24,000 bases of DNA from Robbsia andropogonis (GTDB lineage Bacteria; Pseudomonadota; Gammaproteobacteria; Burkholderiales; Burkholderiaceae): the NCBI RefSeq assembly GCF_000970345.1, contig NZ_LAQU01000019.1:38457-62456 (forward strand), written 5' to 3'. The notes beneath the pieces are model-generated. The model had not been told where the DNA came from, ran no database searches, and saw only the letters and a program-made list of their open reading frames with translations. Positions 17,057-24,000 of this stretch are shown piece after piece. Positions within the stretch are counted from its first letter, which is position 1; the number at the start of each line of letters is the position of its first letter. Both the position numbers and the translations under genes were made by a program.

Positions 17057-17719
17057 TCAGAACAAGACTGTCCAAAACCGTGCTAACGGCGTTGTACCGT
17101 CGGGAGCAACGGCAGCGCGAGCCGTGGGGTCCGCTGAGGTCGTAGTGACAATCCCATAGGGTTCGTCGAACTGGCAGCTTACCTTAGGCGCCGCATCGGC
17201 GCCTTGCCCTGTTCCGCTACTGGCCGACTTGCTGGAGGCCACCAAAGTCGTATTGCCCGACGTCGGCGGGTTAGCAACCACGGCAACGCCACTGGCGCCC
17301 GTTGATGCGCTCGTGGTACTTGCCGCGCCACTGGCGGCGATGGCGCCGGATGCATCGGCAGAATCGATCTGACAGCTTTGTTGAATCTTCAACGACACCT
17401 GAACGCTCGTGGTCATCACGCTGCCGTCCGCACGAGCATGGCTGCGCTGAGGCAACAAAGCCGCCACCACGATAACCGCCGCAGTCGCATGAAACCATGT
17501 CAAGGTCACGAAGGCCGGGCGCGCCTGAAGCACTGCCCGGGGTGCGGCACCACGCGTCGCAGGTCGCGTTGGACCCACAACGGATAAAACAATAGCGCGT
17601 TTGCGGCGATAGGCGAAGGGAATCATGTTTGCAATCGGCAGAGAAATCCTCGTCGCAAAAGCGCGGGAAGGCGGCCGACCTGCCAGCCATGCAACACCCA
17701 CGACAGCGACGACTTCCAT
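17057..17719 (-). CDS. Hypothetical secreted protein, degenerate SCPU-like, convergent to the pilus operon; start very uncertain
   Basis: The C-terminal ~120 aa resemble an SCPU subunit: VQVSLKIQQSCQID ... KVSCQFDEPYGIVTT ... ARFWTVLF. It is preceded by a signal-like stretch FVTLTWFHATAAVIVVAALLPQRSHA. No candidate start has a good SD (ATG 17719, ATG 17626, GTG 17533, GTG 17509). Confidence 0.4.
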   Translation of the reverse strand: MEVVAVVGVAWLAGRPPSRAFATRISLPIANMIPFAYRRKRAIVLSVVGPTRPATRGAAPRAVLQARPAFVTLTWFHATAAVIVVAALLPQRSHARADGSVMTTSVQVSLKIQQSCQIDSADASGAIAASGAASTTSASTGASGVAVVANPPTSGNTTLVASSKSASSGTGQGADAAPKVSCQFDEPYGIVTTTSADPTARAAVAPDGTTPLARFWTVLF

Positions 17720-17762
17720 GGGCTTACCTAGGATAACGGCACAAAATGACCGTTCTTGATTT

Positions 17763-17792
17763 TTGCGAGGATTCCCGTACCAGTGTTAGAAT
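17763..17792 (+). promoter_or_regulatory. Candidate sigma70 promoter of tRNA-Leu
   Basis: TTGCGA (17763-17768), 18 nt, TAGAAT (17787-17792). It ends 13 nt before the tRNA 5' end. Confidence 0.45.
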
Positions 17793-17805
17793 GCCGCTCT
17801 TGCTC

Positions 17806-17890
17806 GCCGGGGTGATGAAATTGGTAAACATAGCGGACTTAAAATCCGCCGCCGCAAGGCTTACGGGTTCAAGTCCCGTCCCCGGCACCA
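17806..17890 (+). tRNA. tRNA-Leu (anticodon UAA), class II with long variable arm, encoded CCA
   Basis: Hand-folded cloverleaf. Acceptor GCCGGGG/CCCCGGC, D stem ATG/CAT, anticodon stem GCGGA/TCCGC with loop CT-TAA-AA, variable arm GCC-GCAA-GGC, T arm ACGGG-TTCAAGT-CCCGT, then ACCA. Confidence 0.93.
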
Positions 17891-18081
17891 CAGCAAAGTC
17901 AACGACCTAGCGCGACGCATCTTCACCTCCTATCGCGCACAGCAGGTATTTTCCCTTGATATTATTGACACGGCATTGATTGCTGGCGTTCGATGCGTCG
18001 ATACCGACGCGAAGACATTGCGATTTGCCGGTAAGTTCGACCGCCATGATGGAATGAAAATGGCGCCGTGGAGAAAACAGA

Positions 18082-19557
18082 ATGGGATTGTTTTCGGAAC
18101 AACCATACGACGAAGGACTGCCGGGACCTGAACGTCGCCTGGCAATGATCGCCGTCATGACCGCTACCGCCATGGCGGTGCTCGACGGCTCGATCGTCAA
18201 TATCGCGCTGCCCTCGATCGGCCGCGCGCTGCATGTCAGCCCTGCCGCCACGATATGGGTCGCCAACGGCTATCTGCTTACCGCCGCCATGACGCTGATC
18301 ATGTTCGCCGCCCTCGCCTCACGCGTCGGATTTCGCGCGTTGTTCAGCGGCGGACTGGCCGTCTTCACCTTGGCATCGCTTGGCTGTGCCCTGTCGACGT
18401 CGCTCGACGTGCTAACCGCCATGCGCTTGCTGCAAGGCCTTGGCGGCGCAGCCATGCTAAGCATCGGCCCCGCGGTGTACCGTGTCGTCTTCCCTACTCG
18501 TCTGTTAGGCCGCATACTTGGTCTCAACGCGCTACTGGTAGCCGCCAGCACGGCGATCGGCCCGACGCTGGGCGGCACATTATTAACGGTGCTGGGCTGG
18601 CAATGGCTGTTCGCCATCAATGTGCCGCTGGGCGCCATTGCGATACTGCTTTCACTGCGCGCGATCCCGGATAACCGCACGCCGACGAGCGCGCCATTCG
18701 ATGTCGCGGGTGCGGTATTGTCAGCGGTAGCGATGGGCGCGTTAATCATGGCAACGGATTCCTGCGCGCGTCTTGGCGAGCCCGCCACGTACATGCACAC
18801 CGTTGCCACGGCCGGCGGCTATGCCGGCTTGGCCATCGTCTGCGGCATCTTGTTTGTTTTGCGGCAACGTCGTGCCCTACAGCCGTTGTTACCGCTTAAC
18901 TTGTTTGCGTCCTCACGGTTCTCACTCGCGGCACTGACATCACTCGCTTCGTTCACCGGTCAGGGCATTACCTTCATCGCGCTGCCTTTCCTTTTCCAGA
19001 ACGCTTACGGCTACGACGCCTTCATCTCCGCACTGCTTTTCACGCCCTGGCCAATCGGCATCGTCCTTGCCGCACCGCATGCAGGCCGACTGGCCGATCG
19101 CTACCCGCCGGCGGCGCTGTCCACGGCGGGCCTTTTCGTATTTACGATCGGCATGGTATTACTCTCGCTGCTGCCAATGCATGCCACACCGTGGGACATT
19201 GGCTGGCGGGCGCTCCTGTGTGGCATGGGCTTTGGCTTTTTCCAAAGCCCCAATAACCGCGAGATGCTGGGAAATGTGTCGCGCGCCCTCAGCGGCAACG
19301 CGTCTGGCGTACTAGCGGTGGTTCGAACATTCGGGCAATGTCTGGGAGCCGCCTTGGTGGCGATCGTACTGGCGATTTACACCACGCCGCGCCCGCATGA
19401 TGCACATTCCGCCGCGGGCATCCCATCGCTGACGGACCTTGATGCCGCGCGGCAGGACGCGCACGCGATGCAGTTGTCGTTGCTGATCGCGGCCAGCGCG
19501 GGGCTGGTCGCAACGGTCATCAGCCTGACGCGGCTGCGTGCCAAGCCGGCAGGGTGA
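18082..19557 (+). CDS. MFS transporter, DHA2 (EmrB/QacA-like, 14-TMS) drug:H+ antiporter family
   Basis: GGAGA SD. N-terminal motif LAMIAVMTATAMAVLDGSIVNIALPSIGRAL, with LQGLGGAAML and about 14 hydrophobic segments. Confidence 0.9.
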   Translation: MGLFSEQPYDEGLPGPERRLAMIAVMTATAMAVLDGSIVNIALPSIGRALHVSPAATIWVANGYLLTAAMTLIMFAALASRVGFRALFSGGLAVFTLASLGCALSTSLDVLTAMRLLQGLGGAAMLSIGPAVYRVVFPTRLLGRILGLNALLVAASTAIGPTLGGTLLTVLGWQWLFAINVPLGAIAILLSLRAIPDNRTPTSAPFDVAGAVLSAVAMGALIMATDSCARLGEPATYMHTVATAGGYAGLAIVCGILFVLRQRRALQPLLPLNLFASSRFSLAALTSLASFTGQGITFIALPFLFQNAYGYDAFISALLFTPWPIGIVLAAPHAGRLADRYPPAALSTAGLFVFTIGMVLLSLLPMHATPWDIGWRALLCGMGFGFFQSPNNREMLGNVSRALSGNASGVLAVVRTFGQCLGAALVAIVLAIYTTPRPHDAHSAAGIPSLTDLDAARQDAHAMQLSLLIAASAGLVATVISLTRLRAKPAG

Positions 19558-19567
19558 TGGGCAGCCG

Positions 19568-20212
19568 TCAGTCGATCAGCCGGTTCTTGATCGCGTAGTA
19601 GGTCAGATCGGCATTGGTCGTCATCGCCATCTTTTCAAGAACGCGTGAGCGATAGGTGCTCACGGTCTTGACAGAAAGATGGAGCTCCTCGGCGATTTCG
19701 GTGGGAAGGCGACCTTGCGATAATTTACAAAAAATCTGAAATTCGCGCTCCGATAACGTTTCATGCGGCAACGCATCGTTTGGCTGCTCGAGCTTTCGCG
19801 CGAGGGCATCCGCAGTAGATTCCGACAGGTAGCGGTGACCGCGGGCGACCGTACGGATTGCTCGTAAAATCTCCGACGGCGGCACATCTTTCGCGACATA
19901 GCCGTTCGCGCCCGCACGCAACAGGCTGATGGCGTATTGTTTTTCCGGATAACCCGATAGCATCAGGACCGGCATGTCCGGACGAATTTGCTTGATGATA
20001 CGAAGTGTATCGATGCCGTTCTTGTCAGGCATGGCAATGTCGAGCAGCACGACATCGAACGAGGTTTCGCGCACCCGTGCGATCGTGTCGTCGCCCGTCG
20101 CCGTTTCCGCCTTGACCCGCATATCCGGCTCGTCGGAAACGATTTGCGCGAGACCGCTGCGTACGATCGCGTGATCATCTGCGATCAGGATCTCAATCAT
20201 CGAGGGCGCCAT
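19568..20212 (-). CDS. Two-component response regulator, NarL/FixJ (LuxR-type HTH) family; no cognate kinase gene adjacent
   Basis: Receiver domain (ILIADDH...DVVLLDIAMPDKNG...PVLMLSGY) plus a LuxR HTH (LSEREFQIFCKLSQGRLPTEIAEELHLSVKTVSTYRSRVLEKM). An alternative start is ATG 20200. Confidence 0.9.
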   Translation of the reverse strand: MAPSMIEILIADDHAIVRSGLAQIVSDEPDMRVKAETATGDDTIARVRETSFDVVLLDIAMPDKNGIDTLRIIKQIRPDMPVLMLSGYPEKQYAISLLRAGANGYVAKDVPPSEILRAIRTVARGHRYLSESTADALARKLEQPNDALPHETLSEREFQIFCKLSQGRLPTEIAEELHLSVKTVSTYRSRVLEKMAMTTNADLTYYAIKNRLID

Positions 20213-20275
20213 TCCGGTGGATAGACACCCATTCTAACGCGTCATCGTCCGCTTTGCCCGGACCGTCGAAACGGC

Positions 20276-20305
20276 AAAAACCGGCAGTGGCAATCGCCAC
20301 ACCGG
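20276..20305 (-). terminator. Probable rho-independent terminator after the ferritin-like gene
   Basis: The minus strand reads ACCGGTGTGGC-GATT-GCCACTGCCGG followed by TTTTT. The stem has one bulge. Confidence 0.5.
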
Positions 20306-20364
20306 TCATTGACATAAAAGAATTATCCGACCTCACGTGCCGACAACATCACGTCAGATGGCTG

Positions 20365-20967
20365 TCAGTGGTGGTTTTCCTTCGCACCGTCATCCGGGTC
20401 GAGAAAGTCTGCCATGTCATCCGCATGTTCTTCCTCTACAGCGAGGATCGTTTCAAACACGCGACGTGTAGTCGGGTCTTTTTCACCCAGATAAGCAATG
20501 ATTTCCCGGTACGTATCAATTGCAATACGCTCGGCAACCAGGTTTTCACGAATCATATCGTTCAGAGACTCACCCTCGACATATTCCGAATGCGAACGTG
20601 TCAACAGGCCTTCTGGCGAAAAATTCGGCTCACCTCCTAATTGGACAATGCGTTCCGCAAGCATGTCAGCGTGTTCTTGCTCCTCGTTTGCATGCTCTAG
20701 AAACTCAGCAGCAACCGGTTCAGCATGAATGCCCTTTGCCATGAAGTAGTGGCGCTTGTAACGGAGGGTACAAACGATTTCCGTCGCCAACGACTCATTC
20801 AGCAGCTTCAAGACCGTTTCACGGTTCGCAGCGTATGACTCCGTCACGGCGCCATTCTTGATGTGTTCACGCGCCCGGCGGCGAATCGTGTCCAAATCGA
20901 TCGAAAAATCGTCTTTGCCCGGTTGTGTGGGGCTGGCCTGCTTTACTTGCTTCAGTGCGCTAACCAT
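20365..20967 (-). CDS. Bacterioferritin-like (ferritin-like di-iron) protein with N-terminal extension, predicted non-heme
   Basis: Internal Met with a perfect GAGGAG SD gives 200 aa. It aligns to Bfr helices: ATEIVCTLRYKRH (E18 equivalent), EHANEEQEHAD (E51/H54 equivalents, but Gln where Bfr has the heme-ligand Met52) and AVEEEHAD (E127/H130 equivalents). Confidence 0.85.
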   Translation of the reverse strand: MVSALKQVKQASPTQPGKDDFSIDLDTIRRRAREHIKNGAVTESYAANRETVLKLLNESLATEIVCTLRYKRHYFMAKGIHAEPVAAEFLEHANEEQEHADMLAERIVQLGGEPNFSPEGLLTRSHSEYVEGESLNDMIRENLVAERIAIDTYREIIAYLGEKDPTTRRVFETILAVEEEHADDMADFLDPDDGAKENHH

Positions 20968-21090
20968 TATTTCTCCTCGACTCTGTCGGTATTCCGTTAT
21001 CCGACGCTCCCGGGTTGAACCCGCCGGGTGCGGCCTGGTAACACTTGAGCAAGCAACGCGCCTGCTCAGAAACCGCAATGACATGCTGCG

Positions 21091-21267
21091 CTAATCGACA
21101 ATCTTTTTGGCCACCGTGAAACCGAGCAGCAAAAAGATAACAAACAGCACCAAGAACAATACAAATAGGAATTTCGCTATGCTCGCGGCCCCCGCTGCAA
21201 TCCCGGTGAAACCGAAGACCCCAGCCACCAAGGCGATGACAGCGAATATCAATGCCCATTTCAGCAT
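21091..21267 (-). CDS. DUF1328 / UPF0391 family small membrane protein (58 aa); not in the supplied ORF track
   Basis: Hand translation: [67 protein letters not shown] upstream. The track's 119-aa ORF here is in a different, implausible frame. Confidence 0.8.
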   Translation of the reverse strand: MLKWALIFAVIALVAGVFGFTGIAAGAASIAKFLFVLFLVLFVIFLLLGFTVAKKIVD

Positions 21268-21707
21268 CGTGTACCCCCTTATTGGTTTTTTTGATCGATT
21301 GTTCGAACAATGCGCTCATCTTAAGCAGGATGAGACGTTGCGAAAATCGGCCGTTTGCCAGTTCTTATGTGGGAATACGCCGACAGCGAGACAATCCGCC
21401 GCTCGCTATCCACGCAGGCAATAAGGCGGTACGTTGAAAAATAGTAAGAATCTTCTTACCTGGATATCAGCGGCAACCGACAGCACATCCCACGTCTTTA
21501 CTATACGATTTACTTACATTCATCTGCGCACGATTCTTGCTTAAATCGCGGAACTGAACGGTTGGATGTGTTGTGGTTTGAGGTCGAAGCCCCTCTTAAT
21601 GACCCTCGAACGATCAAAAGGTCGGCTGCCGACAACGCGGACCCATGCGTCTCTCCAAGATTCAGGGATCGTTGATTTACCAACAATAACAGGAAGAGGA
21701 ACTCATC

Positions 21708-21848
21708 ATGAAGCGTATCGTCGCCCTACTGCTGCTCTCCGCTACGGCTATGTCCATGCTGGCCGGATGCAATACCATGGCTGGCGCTGGCCAGGATATT
21801 TCAGCTGGTGGAAACGCGCTGACAAATTCGGCAGAGAAGAGCAAGTAA
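21708..21848 (+). CDS. Entericidin A/B-family small lipoprotein (46 aa); not in the supplied ORF track
   Basis: Hand translation: MKRIVALLLLSATAMSMLAGCNTMAGAGQDISAGGNALTNSAEKSK*. It has a lipobox LAGC and the entericidin-like pattern GCNT..G.G.DI. AGGAAGAGGA SD upstream. Confidence 0.8.
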   Translation: MKRIVALLLLSATAMSMLAGCNTMAGAGQDISAGGNALTNSAEKSK

Positions 21849-21932
21849 TTACCTGCCGTTTCGCGGGCGGTACATCATCGGATCACGCGACAATATTGGC
21901 AGATGCGTCTTCGATTTCACCGGACGCAGATG

Positions 21933-21962
21933 AAAAAAGCACGCCACGGCGTGCTTTTTTTT
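21933..21962. terminator. Bidirectional rho-independent terminator between the entericidin-like gene and the convergent small ORF
   Basis: AAAAAAGCACGC-CACG-GCGTGCTTTTTTTT: a 7-bp GC-rich stem with a tetraloop, an A-run on one side and a T-run on the other. Confidence 0.7.
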
Positions 21963-22044
21963 CTGAACGCCTGACAAGAAGCAGTGGCAGACCGATGCCG
22001 TTGCTTCCGCCCTGATCGAGGCAGGCGATGCCCCATTAGGCAAA

Positions 22045-22230
22045 TCAAGCCGGCGCTGCATCCCCTTTCCGCGGCCGACGCACGCGACCAGCATGGCGCT
22101 CCAATTCTTGTACCCGCAACGCCAATTCGTTCAAATCCGCAGCGTCAGATAGGTATGCGGCCTCGCGCGCTTCACGTCGGACCGCGGCACGGCGAAACAG
22201 TAGCGCGACAAGTTGATCCAACAGTTTCAT
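22045..22230 (-). CDS. Small hypothetical protein, DUF3563-like (61 aa)
   Basis: MKLLDQLVALLFRRAA...AAYLSDAADLNELALRVQELERH resembles the short Burkholderiales DUF3563 peptides with their conserved LER motif (from memory). No convincing SD, so coding status is uncertain. Confidence 0.45.
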   Translation of the reverse strand: MKLLDQLVALLFRRAAVRREAREAAYLSDAADLNELALRVQELERHAGRVRRPRKGDAAPA

Positions 22231-22554
22231 GGGAGGTTCCAGGTCAGTACCGTTTATTCAGGGTTAACCCTATTATAGGGTATTCCCTATCGCTCGACTC
22301 ATCCTGACCCAGACAATCCACCCTCTGTTTTGTAACATTGTTTTTTGTCCGCTACACAGTAATGACACCTTGTACGGCGATGTTAGCCGGTTTTCCTGAC
22401 GTCTTTCCTCTTCCTGGCAAGCGCTTCGGTGCATTTTCGTCACTGTCTCGGGCTTCATTCAGTACGGTCTTACGGAAGGTCATCGTCGAGGCCCGGAGCC
22501 CGCAAATACGGCATTCGGCTTGCCGCGACGCAGACGTTTGTGTATTGTCTGCGT

Positions 22555-22655
22555 AACAACGCGCAGGGGTCCTGCGGCCAATCTAAACTGGCCGACGGTG
22601 AGAAATACCCTTCGAACCTGATCTGGGTAATGCCAGCGAAGGAAGCGCTTTGGTC
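22555..22655 (+). promoter_or_regulatory. TPP (THI-box) riboswitch aptamer in the thiC leader
   Basis: Conserved core read directly: GCGCAGGGGTCCTGCGG...GGTGAGAAATACCCTTCGAACCTGATCTGGGTAATGCCAGCGAAGGAAGCGC. P1 is GCGC/GCGC at 22561-22564 and 22645-22648. A candidate promoter, TTGCCG-16 nt-TATTGT, lies at 22521-22548. Confidence 0.9.
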
Positions 22656-22850
22656 GAGGAAAAGTGGCAGTGACGGACGGTGAGAACGGAGCGGGTCGAG
22701 CGAGTTGGGTTCTCCTTGCGCCGCACATCGCATCGTGCGCTCAACCCGCACGGGCACCACGCCCCTCCCGTCCACCGCGCGCCCTTCTCGGCCCTCACCG
22801 CGGTCAATTCGATCCCCACGTCTCTCCCCGCGCCGCGTGCGGCCGCCTGA

Positions 22851-24000
<1,150 letters not shown>

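Noticed and set aside
21566-22015. 149-aa plus-strand ORF spanning the entericidin region, and 107-aa ORF 21984..22307.
   Set aside because: They run through a strong bidirectional terminator and overlap the better-supported small genes in other frames. They have no SD and implausible composition.

Overview
GC-rich chromosomal segment. Gene content and order look betaproteobacterial (Burkholderiales-like); that assignment is inferred from protein similarity and synteny, not from a search. Left to right:
- 3' end of lysS, then a glycine-zipper membrane protein.
- On the minus strand, a complete ISC iron-sulfur cluster operon (iscR-iscS-iscU-iscA-hscB-hscA-fdx-iscX). It has a recognisable promoter with two IscR-type boxes. 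hscA is broken by a 1-nt frameshift.
- A co-oriented MATE efflux and orphan MlaC-like pair, then csbD.
- A strikingly AT-rich tract leading into a four-gene sigma/archaic (Csu / spore-coat-protein-U type) chaperone-usher pilus operon: pilin, chaperone, usher, two-domain tip subunit. A convergent, degenerate SCPU-like ORF follows.
- tRNA-Leu(UAA), a DHA2-type MFS transporter and an orphan NarL/LuxR-type response regulator.
- A group of small stress-type genes: non-heme bacterioferritin-like protein, DUF1328, entericidin-like lipoprotein, DUF3563-like peptide.
- A TPP riboswitch with an unusually long C-rich leader, then the 5' part of thiC.

I see no CRISPR array, IS element, integrase, prophage or recognisable defence system. 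I cannot honestly point to a clearly novel multi-gene system. The most accessory-like and unusual parts are:
- the pilus cluster with its AT-rich control region and low-complexity extensions;
- the hscA frameshift;
- the thiC leader;
- an array of overlapping palindromes at 22260-22290.

Two real small genes (58 aa and 46 aa) and the open-ended thiC ORF are absent from the supplied ORF track. I found them by reading the sequence.
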